Shown here: piece after piece, positions 16,281 through 26,345 of the stretch
Layout of the letters: the number at the start of each line of letters is the position of its first letter
Numbering within the stretch: the stretch's first letter is position 1
From: a virus
Lineage: Duplodnaviria; Heunggongvirae; Uroviricota; Caudoviricetes
Reading direction: 5' to 3' (one strand)
Length of the DNA stretch: 56,089 nt
Virus record (IMG/VR): IMGVR_UViG_3300031413_000570
Notes under the pieces: model-generated
Database searches by the model: none
What the model was told of the DNA's origin: nothing
What the model saw: only the letters and a program-made list of their open reading frames with translations
Translations under genes and position numbers: made by a program

Positions 16281-18624
16281 ATTTGACCGTCAATCTGTAA
16301 CGAGTCTTACCTGCATCCCAGATACGTGGCAAGTTGTTCAACAGTGCCAATTCACGTTCCGTCAAACCTTCCTGCCACACCAAAGAGTCATCATTCTTGA
16401 ACCGCTTCAGACGGTAACCGAACTTGTGTTTACGCTCCCCGCCAACCACATACATGTAATCAGGAGACAGCACTCTGTCAGCATCAAAACCATGAGACTC
16501 ATACAACCCACCATCACTGATAGTGTGGTCAGCAAACGTAATGAACGAACTCGGCAAATACGTCTTCGTAGCATGCTTCAGCAGCTTCGTAAACCCACCT
16601 GTAACGCTCCCAGCCGTCGCGTAACGGACAATGTTCAAGGTTTCGCCCGCTTCCTTCTTCAACACCATCAAAGCCTTCACAACGCCCTCAGCGTCCTTCA
16701 AACCCAGATAGTAAGAACCAGAAGCAAAGCCCTGCACATGATTCAAACCCAGAAACAGCTTCGCATCCTCAGTTGATAAAACAGCAACAGAAGTCTTCCG
16801 AGCAAACACTTTACTCGTCACAACATTCAGCTCAGGATACAACTCAGCCAAACGAGAAGTAACACCTAACTTATGAGCCAAAGCACGCAAAATCACCGGC
16901 TTACGGTCACGCCAGTCATCCTCCCAAATCTGCAACAACTGCACACCAGCAGCCTTAGCAGCATCATACTTATCCTTATGATAGTTACGACCCTTACCAG
17001 CAGACTCACTATGCCAATACAAGCCATTGAACTCAATACCGAACTGCTTCTCAGGAATGAACAAGTCAATCTCCTGACGGTTCCCCAAGACTTTACGGTT
17101 AGACTGCTCAACAGCAAAGCCTAGCTTAGTCAAGAACTCAAACAGCTCTAACTCAGGCTTAGAGACAAAGTTGTGGTTCAGAACTGCACACTCGGGACAG
17201 CCTCGGCCTATACGACCATAAACAAAAGTTTCCCATTCATGGCCATAATCGCAAATCCACCACGCTCGATGCTCAGAGCCTTTGCTTACCAATTTAGGAG
17301 TCAAATCTCCATTTTTTGTTGGATGCCACTGAGCAGCAATGGCTGGATGAGTTGTTTCTAAATCGTTGAATCCAGCTAAGCGCTTTTTCCCAAAGCAAAT
17401 AGGGCAGCCTTGTCCTTCTACTCTTTTGTAAACAGCGGCTTCCCATTCGTGACCGTATTCATCTACCCACCAAAATTTGTTGTGAGAACCATATACAACA
17501 TCAGCAGGGGTAACCTGGTTGTTTTTGGCTGGATGCCATTCAACTGATAATTCTGGGTACAATACAGCTAAACTGTTGCCCTCATCTGTCTTCTTATTTG
17601 CACAAAATGGACATCCTGCACCTCGGGCTCTATTTTTGACAGAAGCTTCCCAATCATGACCGCATCGACCAGACCACCAAACTTTTGTATTTGTGCCTGC
17701 TGACAGAGAACTGATTGTTAACCCAATATTTTTAGTTGAATGCAGTTCAGAAGCAAGTGAAGGAGTTGTAGTTGCTAAGTCATTGAATCCTGCTAGCACT
17801 CTATGACCAGAACAAAATGGACAACCATCATTTCTGGTAACTCGTTTTCCAACAGAAGCTTCCCATTCATGATTGCAAGGACCAAGCCACCAAACTATCT
17901 TAGAAGAGCCAGCACTAAGATGATTAGGTAAGAGCTCTCCGTTTTTTGTTGGATGCCATTGTCTTGCAATTAGTTCAGGAATTTGTTTTTTTGGAGCTTT
18001 TGTCGAATTCTTTAAAGCTGGACTGTTACAACTGGGGCAGCCTCGTCCAGCAAAACGACTTCTGAGCTCGGAATACCATTCGTGTCCGCACTCACCCAAC
18101 CACCACACTTTTTCGTGACTGTACGGTGAGATAGTAGCCAAATTCAAATGAGCATTTTTATCTGGATGCCATTCAGCGACTAAAGAAGGATTCTTAGTCG
18201 CCAAATCATTGAAACCAGGAAGGATACGCTTACCCGAACAAATAGGACAACCAAACTGCCGGCGAAGCTTCACCTGAACATCCCACTCATGGTCATGCTC
18301 ATCAACCCACCAAACAACAACTTTGCTTCCCTCAGTAACATCCTGAGGAGTCAAATCACCATTCTTAGTAGGGTGCCACTGGGCAGTAATTTCAGGTTGG
18401 GTAGTAGCTAAATCATTGAAACCAGCCAACACTGCACGGTTAGAACAAAACGGACAACCGTTACCCTTCAACCGAGTCTTAGGAGCAGCCTCCCAAGCAT
18501 GACCACAATCACCCAGCCACCAGGCTTTCTTCGCGGAACCCGAACTTGCCTCAGAAGCCAGCCAACCCTCATTCAACACAGGATGCCACTGGGCAACAAG
18601 AGAAGGAGGGAGAGGGTTTTTCAT
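16279..18624 (-). CDS. Zn-ribbon (DUF4379-like) repeat endonuclease, Vsr/DUF559-like nuclease plus Hef-like C-terminus
   Basis: Seven W..H.W....R...GCP.C repeats; SKPE..L, EIDLFIP, IEFNGLYWH, LLQIWEDDW; C-terminal ITFAD..ISDGGLY and IWDAGK. Confidence 0.8.
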   Translation of the reverse strand: MKNPLPPSLVAQWHPVLNEGWLASEASSGSAKKAWWLGDCGHAWEAAPKTRLKGNGCPFCSNRAVLAGFNDLATTQPEITAQWHPTKNGDLTPQDVTEGSKVVVWWVDEHDHEWDVQVKLRRQFGCPICSGKRILPGFNDLATKNPSLVAEWHPDKNAHLNLATISPYSHEKVWWLGECGHEWYSELRSRFAGRGCPSCNSPALKNSTKAPKKQIPELIARQWHPTKNGELLPNHLSAGSSKIVWWLGPCNHEWEASVGKRVTRNDGCPFCSGHRVLAGFNDLATTTPSLASELHSTKNIGLTISSLSAGTNTKVWWSGRCGHDWEASVKNRARGAGCPFCANKKTDEGNSLAVLYPELSVEWHPAKNNQVTPADVVYGSHNKFWWVDEYGHEWEAAVYKRVEGQGCPICFGKKRLAGFNDLETTHPAIAAQWHPTKNGDLTPKLVSKGSEHRAWWICDYGHEWETFVYGRIGRGCPECAVLNHNFVSKPELELFEFLTKLGFAVEQSNRKVLGNRQEIDLFIPEKQFGIEFNGLYWHSESAGKGRNYHKDKYDAAKAAGVQLLQIWEDDWRDRKPVILRALAHKLGVTSRLAELYPELNVVTSKVFARKTSVAVLSTEDAKLFLGLNHVQGFASGSYYLGLKDAEGVVKALMVLKKEAGETLNIVRYATAGSVTGGFTKLLKHATKTYLPSSFITFADHTISDGGLYESHGFDADRVLSPDYMYVVGGERKHKFGYRLKRFKNDDSLVWQEGLTERELALLNNLPRIWDAGKTRYRLTVK

Positions 18625-18731
18625 AACACTACTATTCTAACACTTAAACCAAACATCCCCTCCCTCTCAATGGTTTTTCAAAGAGAAGAAGGGGATGTTC
18701 AGTTCAGAGAGTAACTCGAACTACGCAGAAC

Positions 18732-20993
18732 TTACAATGCGCAGGAAACGCAAGTCTCGTCAAGAGTACCTTCAAGTCCTACGTTGTTCACACGAACATA
18801 GTACAAGGACTTGATTTCAGCATGAGGGTAACGAGCCAACAATTCGCCACGCTCATCAAGTGCCTTAGCAGAAGGCTTGCCCTTAGAGAATGCATAAAGG
18901 ATGTTCTTTGTTACGTCCTTGGTTGTCACAGTGGACTTGTAACCCAAAGTCAAAGAGATAGCCTGGTCAACATAGTACTGAACAATAGAGTTCACATCAA
19001 TAACATGCTTAGCGTCAACTTCAAACATGTTGTGACCTGAGTAGTATTCCTCGTTGCCTTCAGCATAAGCGTTCGGCACATATACTGAACCAATCTTTCC
19101 TTCTGTTCTCTTCTCAATGAGTGTGAATGTTGCTGGAAGGGTGGATGGTGTGGAGTTATTTACGTAAGAAATGCTACCCGTCGGTGGGATTGCTTGAAGG
19201 TTCTGGTTGTAAATGCCATGTTTACCTACCAACCCTGCAAGTGTTTTCCAGTCTTCTGTTGTTGGAATGTAGATGCCGTTTTCTTCAACAATTGTTTTCA
19301 CTTTCTGGGTTTGTGGTCCGAAAGCGAATTCTGGGTTGATGTATTTGTTGAAGAATTCTCCTGAAGCGTATTTTGATTCCCAGAAACCGTCGAAGGTTTC
19401 ACCTTTTTCTGTTGCAATGAGGTTTGATGCTCGGATTGCGTGGTAGAGGACTACGTAGAAGTAGGTGCTTGTGAGGTCGAGGGATTCTTCGTCTCCGAAG
19501 TACATGTGGTTTTTGGCGAATGAACCGTGGAGATTCATGGCACCAAGACCGACTGCATGGCTTCTTCTGTTTCCTTCAGCTACTGTTGGCACTGCATCGA
19601 TGTAGGACATGTCTGAGACCTGTGTGAGGGTTCGGATTGCTGTTTCTACTGTGGTGCCGAGGTTTGGTGATTCGAGTGCTTTTTGGATGTTGAGTGAGCC
19701 GAGGTTGCAGCTGATGTCTTTTCCAATTTGTGCGAAGGTTTGGTCGTCGTTGAGGATTGATTCTTCTTGTGGCTGGACTATTTCTACGCAGAGGTTGGAC
19801 ATGTTGATTTTTCCGGGCACGTTGTTTGCTCGGTTGACTGCATCTTCGAAGATGATGTATGGGTAGCCGGATTCCATCTGGATTTCTGCGAGGGTGGAGA
19901 GGAAGTCTCGTGGGTCGATGGATTTTTTGCGGATGTTTGGGTTTTCTACGGCTTCACGGTAGATGTCGCTGATTGTGAGCCATGCCATTTCTTTTCCGTA
20001 GACGCTGTTGAGGTCGTGTGGGGAGAAGAGGTACATTTTTTCGCCTTTGCGGGCGAGTTCGAAGGTGATGTCTGGGATGACGACGCCGAGTGAGAGGGTT
20101 TTGATTCGGGTTTTTTCGTCGGCGTTTTCGCGTTTGGTGTCGAGGAAGTCTTCGATGTCGATGTGGTGTGCGTTGAGGTACACTGCACCGGCTCCTTGTC
20201 GTGCGCCGAGCTGGTTGGCGTAGGAGAAGGTGTCTTCGAGGATTTTCATGACTGGGATGACACCTGAAGCTTGGTTTTCAATCTTTTTGATTGGGTCGCC
20301 TTTGCCTCGGATGTTGGTGAGGTTGAGTGCTACTCCTCCGCCTCGTTTGGACAGCTGGGCGGCACTGTTGACTGCTCGCATGATGCTGTTGAGGTTGTCT
20401 TCTACGTTGAGGAGGAAGCAGGAGACGAGTTCGCCTCGTTGTTTCTTTCCTGCGTTGAGGAAGGTTGGGGTTGCTGGCTGGAAGCGTCCTGAGATGATTT
20501 CGCGGGCGAGGTTGCGGGCGAATTCTTCGTTACCGTCTGCGATGAAGAGGGCTGTTGCTACTACACGGTCTTCGAAGCGTTCGAGGTAGCGTTTGCCGTC
20601 GAATGTTTTGAGGGCGTAGCTGGTGTAGAATTTGTAGGCTCCTACGAAGGTGGCGAAACGGAATTTGGCTGCGTAGGTTTCTTTGTAGAGCTCTTTGACG
20701 AAGTTCCAGTCGTATTTCCTGATGAATTCTTCTTCGTAGTATTCTTCATCGATGAGGAAGCGGATTTTTTCTTCCAGGTCGAGGGTGCTGTACATGTTTG
20801 GGTTGACATGGTTGAGGAAGAACTGGCGTGCGGATTCGCGGTCTTTGTCGTATTGGACGAAGGTTGTGCCGTCTGCGTTGGTGCCCCATTGTTCTAACTG
20901 GGCGTTGAGGGAGATGTAGTCTTTCCCGGCGTCTTTTGATTTGAGGGTGGAGTTGACGTTCTCTACCCCGTCTTCTTGGGTGAATGCGCTCAT
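18732..20993 (-). CDS. nrdE: Class Ib ribonucleotide reductase alpha subunit
   Basis: [38 protein letters not shown]-terminal CVSC; no ATP cone. Confidence 0.95.
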   Translation of the reverse strand: MSAFTQEDGVENVNSTLKSKDAGKDYISLNAQLEQWGTNADGTTFVQYDKDRESARQFFLNHVNPNMYSTLDLEEKIRFLIDEEYYEEEFIRKYDWNFVKELYKETYAAKFRFATFVGAYKFYTSYALKTFDGKRYLERFEDRVVATALFIADGNEEFARNLAREIISGRFQPATPTFLNAGKKQRGELVSCFLLNVEDNLNSIMRAVNSAAQLSKRGGGVALNLTNIRGKGDPIKKIENQASGVIPVMKILEDTFSYANQLGARQGAGAVYLNAHHIDIEDFLDTKRENADEKTRIKTLSLGVVIPDITFELARKGEKMYLFSPHDLNSVYGKEMAWLTISDIYREAVENPNIRKKSIDPRDFLSTLAEIQMESGYPYIIFEDAVNRANNVPGKINMSNLCVEIVQPQEESILNDDQTFAQIGKDISCNLGSLNIQKALESPNLGTTVETAIRTLTQVSDMSYIDAVPTVAEGNRRSHAVGLGAMNLHGSFAKNHMYFGDEESLDLTSTYFYVVLYHAIRASNLIATEKGETFDGFWESKYASGEFFNKYINPEFAFGPQTQKVKTIVEENGIYIPTTEDWKTLAGLVGKHGIYNQNLQAIPPTGSISYVNNSTPSTLPATFTLIEKRTEGKIGSVYVPNAYAEGNEEYYSGHNMFEVDAKHVIDVNSIVQYYVDQAISLTLGYKSTVTTKDVTKNILYAFSKGKPSAKALDERGELLARYPHAEIKSLYYVRVNNVGLEGTLDETCVSCAL

Positions 20994-21448
20994 GCTGCGT
21001 TTGCCTTTCGGTTTTTCTCTGATATTTGGTTGATGGTGTTCTGGTCGAGTTGGGCGAGCCTTAGCACCATGTTTGTGTCTTTGTGGAACCCGGAGAGTTC
21101 GAATTTGTACAGGATTGGGATTTGCAGTTTGTGGCTGATTGCGTCTGCTGCGGCTGCGTATTCGTCTCCGAAGTTTATGTTCCCGGCTCCGATGACTCCT
21201 ACGCAGTGTTTCCTGTTGTTGGGGTTGCTGAGGAACTTTTTGACTTGTGGCGGCACGTGACCGTTTCTGTCTGTTCCGTAGGATGGTGCGATGAGGATGT
21301 AATCTTCGGTTGTTTCGGGTTGTGCTCCTTTGAGGGGGAGTCTTTGGGTTGTTACTGGTGTTTGGTTTTGTTCAGCTTCTTTTGTTAACCGGTTGATGAA
21401 CCGGTGTGTGTTCTCTGACACGTTTGAGAAGTAGATGATGTGTAGCAT
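20990..21448 (-). CDS. nrdI: NrdI flavodoxin
   Basis: Start reassigned to [17 protein letters not shown]; [24 protein letters not shown]; 4-nt overlap with nrdE. Confidence 0.9.
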   Translation of the reverse strand: MLHIIYFSNVSENTHRFINRLTKEAEQNQTPVTTQRLPLKGAQPETTEDYILIAPSYGTDRNGHVPPQVKKFLSNPNNRKHCVGVIGAGNINFGDEYAAAADAISHKLQIPILYKFELSGFHKDTNMVLRLAQLDQNTINQISEKNRKANAA

Positions 21449-21527
21449 TGTGTTCCAGTGTAGACGCTTCTGCCTGCCGACCCCATTTTTGTGAGGTTGG
21501 CAGGCAGTTGGTTTGTGGGGTGTTTGG

Positions 21528-21767
21528 TTATACGTATTCTGCGATTTTTTCTGGACGGAATCCGCTCCAGTGGTCAACAATGTTGTTGTCTGCGTCACGT
21601 ACAAGCACGACTGGGGCTTGGAGGTAGCCGAAGCCTTTAGCTGTTTCTAATGCGGCAGCGTCCTGTGTGAGGTCTGTCTTGGTGTAGTCAGCCTTTTTAC
21701 CTTTGAGGTTGCGTTCTGTGGCTACGCACTGTACGCATGATGGCTTTGACAGGAGTTCGATGGTCAT
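21528..21767 (-). CDS. nrdH: NrdH glutaredoxin-like protein
   Basis: SKPSCVQC, QAPVV, HWSGFRPEKI. Confidence 0.92.
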   Translation of the reverse strand: MTIELLSKPSCVQCVATERNLKGKKADYTKTDLTQDAAALETAKGFGYLQAPVVLVRDADNNIVDHWSGFRPEKIAEYV

Positions 21768-21778
21768 TGGTTTTCTTT

Positions 21779-21846
21779 CTCTATATCTTGGGGTAAATTA
21801 TGGACGCACACACTGCATGTTGCGTTTGTTTCAGATTATGTAGTGT
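21779..21846 (-). promoter_or_regulatory. Three NrdR-box-like sites upstream of nrdH
   Basis: CCCCAAGATATAGAG (21779-21793), ACGCAACATGCAGTG (21811-21825), ACACTACATAATCTG (21832-21846); the first two are 32 bp apart. Confidence 0.6.
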
Positions 21847-22086
21847 AATGACTATCGAACCATTTTGGCTTTTTTGGTGAGTTTAGTTTGGGATCGAAAT
21901 GAGAGTTTTAACCTTTCTGGGCTGGTTGACGGTTTGCTTGTTGGCCTGTTTTGGCGTAGCTCGAAGTTTTAAGTATTTTGGAAAGTTTTTTGTCGTCTAG
22001 GAAAGACGATTTTTGTTAGTAGATTTGTTCATTTTGTAGTGTTTTAAAGCCCTAAAAGGGTCAGTTGTTCGAATTTGTGTTCGAAG

Positions 22087-22132
22087 TTGATAAATTTATC
22101 AACCGTTTCTGGCATCTTGATAAATTTATCAA
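22087..22132. repeat. Two identical 16-bp palindromes TTGATAAATTTATCAA
   Basis: Located at 22087-22102 and 22117-22132, 30 bp apart. Confidence 0.85.
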
Positions 22133-22174
22133 AGCCGATCCAGTGAAAAAGATTGGTGCTTGTTTTGGGTTAAC

Positions 22175-22216
22175 GAAAGAGCAGCTGTACCCAGTTGTAG
22201 GCACAGCTGCTCTTTC
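22175..22216 (-). terminator. Terminator hairpin
   Basis: 14-bp stem GAAAGAGCAGCTGT/ACAGCTGCTCTTTC. Confidence 0.7.
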
Positions 22217-22232
22217 TTATGTTCAGGGAATG

Positions 22233-22895
22233 TTACACGAGGGACTTGAGGAACTTGTCCATCTTGCCGTTCTTCGTCGTGATGCGGAACAGCTCAGCAC
22301 GGGCAACCTCAATCGGGTTCTCAACACCCTTCTTGATGGCGGAAGTAGCCTTCGAGAAGTCCTTGTCCCACGTCTTGTAGTGCCAGAGACCGTTGTCCTT
22401 GGCAAGACGGAAGATGCGGTCAGCATCCTCTTCACCGAAAAGCTCAACGATGCGGGCAAGCACCTGAAGCTCTGTGTCACCCTTGGGACGGTGCTTCTCA
22501 AGGTCAGCCTGAGCAGCGGCCACAATCACAGCAGCGGCTTTCTCAGCAGCGGCGAGGTTAGCTGCAGCAGTCTGCTCAGCTTCGATGCCAGGAAGGATGG
22601 TTGCCTTCCAGGTGTCGAAGTCAACAGCAGTAGCAATGTCATCAAGACCGTCAAGGTACTCTTCGTACTCGCTGAGACCAGTGAGGGACTCACCGTACCA
22701 TTCCCAGTTGTCCACGCCACCAATTTCGAGAGCGTTGAGGAAGTTAGCATCATCCTCGTAAGGGTCGGACGACTCCTCGTAGTTCTCAAGGGAATCGCCA
22801 TACCAGTCCCAGTTGTCTACACCACCAGCGAGGAGGAGGCTGACCTTAGCCTTGGTGAGGAGCTGCTCAGCGGTGGGGGTTGAAGTGGTTGCCAT
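22233..22895 (-). CDS. Phage-type hypothetical protein with a duplicated GGVDNWxWYG motif
   Basis: GGVDNWDWYGDSL and GGVDNWEWYGESL; GGAG RBS; own promoter. Confidence 0.8.
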   Translation of the reverse strand: MATTSTPTAEQLLTKAKVSLLLAGGVDNWDWYGDSLENYEESSDPYEDDANFLNALEIGGVDNWEWYGESLTGLSEYEEYLDGLDDIATAVDFDTWKATILPGIEAEQTAAANLAAAEKAAAVIVAAAQADLEKHRPKGDTELQVLARIVELFGEEDADRIFRLAKDNGLWHYKTWDKDFSKATSAIKKGVENPIEVARAELFRITTKNGKMDKFLKSLV

Positions 22896-22943
22896 TATGT
22901 TTTTCTCTCCAGAAGATTAAAGGGTATTGCTTCGTATGTGTTC

Positions 22944-22972
22944 AGTCTACCATTGTTGGGTGCAGAATGCAA
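22944..22972 (-). promoter_or_regulatory. SigA-like promoter
   Basis: TTGCAT-N17-TAGACT with TG extension. Confidence 0.7.
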
Positions 22973-23043
22973 GCTGTTACCGCCCTTGCTTTCTGTCATT
23001 TTTACTGGTAGGGTGAGGTTATTCGTTTCCACGGTTTACATTA

Positions 23044-23841
23044 TTGAGAGAGTGTTTCATGCTTACTGGCAATCTTTTCTTCCTGGCTCACATGGACCAG
23101 GAGGGTATTGTTCCCATCAACACGTTCGTGTATGAGGATGACCGGTTGAAGAAAATCCATTTCTACGTGGATGACATTCTGCAGAAGTTCTTCAAGGAGA
23201 AGCTGGAGAATGTGCTGTGGTTGGAGGATGACAGCAACTTCGACCCTGATGAGAAGGAGCATTACGGTTACGTGTATGACGAGCGTAATGCTGATGACAA
23301 GATTGAGCTTCCTTCGGATGAGTATGAGGCTGCTAAGGTTCTCGTGAAGGCTCTGTTCGACCATTCGGCTGGTGAGATGTTCCTGGATAAGGATGGTTTC
23401 ACTCGTACTGAGTTCACTGTTGCGGACATTCCTGAGGTTCCTGCACCTATTGACACTGATGAGCCAGTGGATGAGCGATTCACGGTTGGCGAGAAGGTTG
23501 TGGACCGTGTTGGTCGGGTGTTCAAGTACAAGGGTGTGCTGTTTGACCCTCTGATTCCTCAGCAGTCTGAGATGAGCGTCACTCGTGACAAGAGCGTGTA
23601 CATTGGGGTGGATAACGATGATTACGTGCGTCAGACGGCTCTTGATGAGCTGTGGGAGGTGACTGAGTTTGAGGTGTACCCTCTTCCGTTGTTCGCCAGC
23701 CGTTACCTGTCTAAGGACAAGAAGTGGTTTGCTCGGGCTTCGAACATCAACCAGCATGAAGGTTATGGTCGCACTCAGGAAGAGGCGAAGAATGAGCTGA
23801 TGGTCAAGTTCCTGTTCGGGCAGAAGAACAAGAAGAAGTAA
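23044..23841 (+). CDS. Acidic hypothetical protein
   Basis: Long non-overlapping ORF ending at a terminator; start uncertain. Confidence 0.7.
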   Translation: MRECFMLTGNLFFLAHMDQEGIVPINTFVYEDDRLKKIHFYVDDILQKFFKEKLENVLWLEDDSNFDPDEKEHYGYVYDERNADDKIELPSDEYEAAKVLVKALFDHSAGEMFLDKDGFTRTEFTVADIPEVPAPIDTDEPVDERFTVGEKVVDRVGRVFKYKGVLFDPLIPQQSEMSVTRDKSVYIGVDNDDYVRQTALDELWEVTEFEVYPLPLFASRYLSKDKKWFARASNINQHEGYGRTQEEAKNELMVKFLFGQKNKKK

Positions 23842-23862
23842 TTCAGTAGGTATACATAAAAG

Positions 23863-23903
23863 AGAGCGGCGCCTGCAGGTTTTTACACTGCAGGTGCCGC
23901 TCT
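23863..23903. terminator. Bidirectional terminator
   Basis: 16-bp stem with one G-U pair between convergent genes. Confidence 0.8.
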
Positions 23904-23912
23904 TTGTTGTTG

Positions 23913-24746
23913 TTACAGGTTGTTGCGGTTGATGTATGGGGGAAGTGTTTCGAACAGGTCCATCAACTCAGCTGGGATTCGGTCAGACTCCCAGCTTTGC
24001 AGCATTTCATTAGGTCGTTGACGGCATGCGAAGATTACTCTTGCCCAGTGTTCAGGGTCACGGTCTTCATTGTCATCATCTGTTTCAGGAAGGCGGAACA
24101 GAACCTCAGAGATAGTTTCTTTCAGCTCTGGTAGGTTTTCTGGAGTGAGGATGATGTCATCACTGCAGCCGAAACGGAATGTTGAATTGGCCGGCAGTTG
24201 GATAGCAAGTTTTGGTTCAACCAAAACCCACCAGCCTGCTTTGTGGTCAAATTTGCTGTCAACAATGTGGTAGGTGATGAAACCGAACCAATCTTCGAAA
24301 GCTGACGCCACTTTGATTGCTTTTAGAACGAACTGACCTGTTTCCTGGATGAGGTCACTCAGGATAGGAAGGTCTTCTGCTGTGGGTGCTATCCAGTTTT
24401 TGTAGGAGATGAAACCGTTTGGTAGGTGTTTGTCTGTTTTGTGTAAGCGTGCGACTGTGGCGTCCATCAGAACTTCAGCACCTGAAGGGGACCATTCAGG
24501 GTCAGCGCCTGTGGCTTTGTAGATACGGTCGTATTCTTCAGCTGTGGTCCACAGAACAGCAAGCTCTTCCAGAGTGTTGAGCTGGAAGGTTACTTCTTCT
24601 TCGATTTGTCCTTTGTACTGGGATGTGAGGACGACAACGTATTTGTTGGTTGGTTCATCAAAACGGATTTCTGTCCATGCTGAGAGGTCATGTTTTTCGG
24701 CAACCAGGATCGAGGTGAGTGCGATGCGTTCGTCTAAGTTATTCAC
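23913..24746 (-). CDS. Hypothetical protein
   Basis: Leaderless geometry TTTCAT-N17-TACACT-N6-GTG. Confidence 0.7.
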   Translation of the reverse strand: MNNLDERIALTSILVAEKHDLSAWTEIRFDEPTNKYVVVLTSQYKGQIEEEVTFQLNTLEELAVLWTTAEEYDRIYKATGADPEWSPSGAEVLMDATVARLHKTDKHLPNGFISYKNWIAPTAEDLPILSDLIQETGQFVLKAIKVASAFEDWFGFITYHIVDSKFDHKAGWWVLVEPKLAIQLPANSTFRFGCSDDIILTPENLPELKETISEVLFRLPETDDDNEDRDPEHWARVIFACRQRPNEMLQSWESDRIPAELMDLFETLPPYINRNNL

Positions 24747-24949
24747 TGTTCCAGTGTATCAAAGTTTCAGGCAGTATGAAAGCTTTCTCACTAAACCTGA
24801 CAAAGAACAAGTGAATGTGCTGATGTTTGCCTGGTTTGTCCCCTGTTTGAGGGTATTTTGCTTCGGGAGGATGGAAGTAAAAAGCCGATAATAAGGCTGT
24901 TAGGGACTGTATAGTCCCTTATTTTTATCTCCCCTACGAAAGCACCTTT

Positions 24950-25930
24950 ATGAGTAAATTCCGTTCCACTATGCAGTCTTCTAAAGCTGCTATTGACCTT
25001 GCCTCCATTATGGTGGGTATCATCGTCATCGGTTTGATCGGTGGAGTGATTGCTGCTACTGTCTTCGCCGTCATTCCTTGGGCTCAGGATAACGCTGCCA
25101 AACAACAACTTGAGTCTGTTCATTCCGCACAGAATGCTTTCTTCGGTTTGAGTGCTGACCCAAGCCAGGACCTTGTTGGTGGTAAGAAAAACAGCTTCGC
25201 TAACTCTGCAGAATTAGCTTCAAATAACTTGCTGGCAAGCAACGCAAACTATTGCACTGTTCCAACTGCTGATGGTAAAGATTACCGTGCGTATTCCAAA
25301 TCTGGTTCAGGTAAGACTTACTACTCTTTGAACAGTAACAAACAAGCTAAGGTCTTCACTGGTTCTTACCCTTGCGTAGCTGACGCTAACGGCGTTGTGG
25401 GTGTGAACCCTGCAATTGATAACGGTACAACCCCTGTTGGTACTGCACCAACCACTGGAACTGGTGGTACTGGTGGAACAGGACCAACTACTCCAGCTCC
25501 AACCACTCCTCCTTCATTCGCTTTCTATGATTTTGAAGGAACAGTTGCACCTGGAGCCTTTGCTGGTTCATCAACGGTGTCTTTGAGTAAAATCAAGCCG
25601 TATGAGGGTTTGCAGTCAGTGCGTATTAGTGCAAACAGCCAAAACGCATCAAACTTCGGCTTCATACAGAACACTCCAATGGTAAAAGGTTCTACCTATG
25701 TTGCCAGTGTATGGGTCTACGTGGATGACACTAACGTACAAAAAGTTAGTTTGTTGAACGGTACCGCAACTATTGCCAGTGTCAGCACTGTTGGTAAATC
25801 TGGTCAGTGGTTACAGATTAGTGGAACATTCGATTCTACTGTAAGCACGATAAGTGTTGTTGGAGAACGTTCTGGTAGCAACACTGGTCTTCTCTTCTAC
25901 GCTGATAATTTGACCATCAACACGAAATAA
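24950..25930 (+). CDS. Type IV pilin-like protein with a CBM-like domain (paralog 2)
   Basis: SSKAAIDLASIMVG, YC...C pair, T/G/P linker, YDFEG...YADNLTI. Confidence 0.75.
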   Translation: MSKFRSTMQSSKAAIDLASIMVGIIVIGLIGGVIAATVFAVIPWAQDNAAKQQLESVHSAQNAFFGLSADPSQDLVGGKKNSFANSAELASNNLLASNANYCTVPTADGKDYRAYSKSGSGKTYYSLNSNKQAKVFTGSYPCVADANGVVGVNPAIDNGTTPVGTAPTTGTGGTGGTGPTTPAPTTPPSFAFYDFEGTVAPGAFAGSSTVSLSKIKPYEGLQSVRISANSQNASNFGFIQNTPMVKGSTYVASVWVYVDDTNVQKVSLLNGTATIASVSTVGKSGQWLQISGTFDSTVSTISVVGERSGSNTGLLFYADNLTINTK

Positions 25931-25953
25931 TTTCACAGCAACGCTGCTAATGA

Positions 25954-25990
25954 GTGAAGCCCTGAACTAAGTTATAGTTCAGGGCTTCAC
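25954..25990. terminator. Bidirectional terminator
   Basis: 16-bp perfect stem. Confidence 0.8.
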
Positions 25991-26012
25991 TTGTCTGTAC
26001 GCATGGTTTTGG

Positions 26013-26288
26013 TTACAGTCCTGCTTCGTTCTTTAGTGCTTCCGTGATGAGGACAGTGGCATCCCAGTAGTTGTCTACAGAGTAGCCTGCAGCTTCAAGG
26101 ACTTCACACACATCACTCTGCCAGTCGCTGTTACCGAAAGGTCGTTTGCTACTGAACTCTTCACCTTCTTCCCATACGCGAATGGTGAGAAGGTAAAAAT
26201 ACTGGCGAAGGTTGATGGTGGGTTTATTCTCCCATGTTCCACGGTCAGGGTTCAGGATAGGAAGGTCAAGAATATTGAGGAGGGGCAT
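26013..26288 (-). CDS. Hypothetical protein
   Basis: Non-overlapping 91-aa ORF. Confidence 0.65.
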   Translation of the reverse strand: MPLLNILDLPILNPDRGTWENKPTINLRQYFYLLTIRVWEEGEEFSSKRPFGNSDWQSDVCEVLEAAGYSVDNYWDATVLITEALKNEAGL

Positions 26289-26345
26289 GTTCGGGGGCTT
26301 TCTGTGTCGGTTTCTTCCATTGTAGCAGAGCCGATAAGTTCATGC

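Noticed and set aside
18732-20993. Intron or intein in nrdE (also checked in radA, ligA and the helicase)
   Set aside because: Conserved motifs are contiguous, lengths are normal and no splice motifs were seen.
22087-22132. FNR box
   Set aside because: FNR sites are TTGAT-N4-ATCAA; these have N6.
22065-22883. 272-aa plus-strand ORF
   Set aside because: Shadow of 22233-22895, and it runs through the palindromes and terminator.
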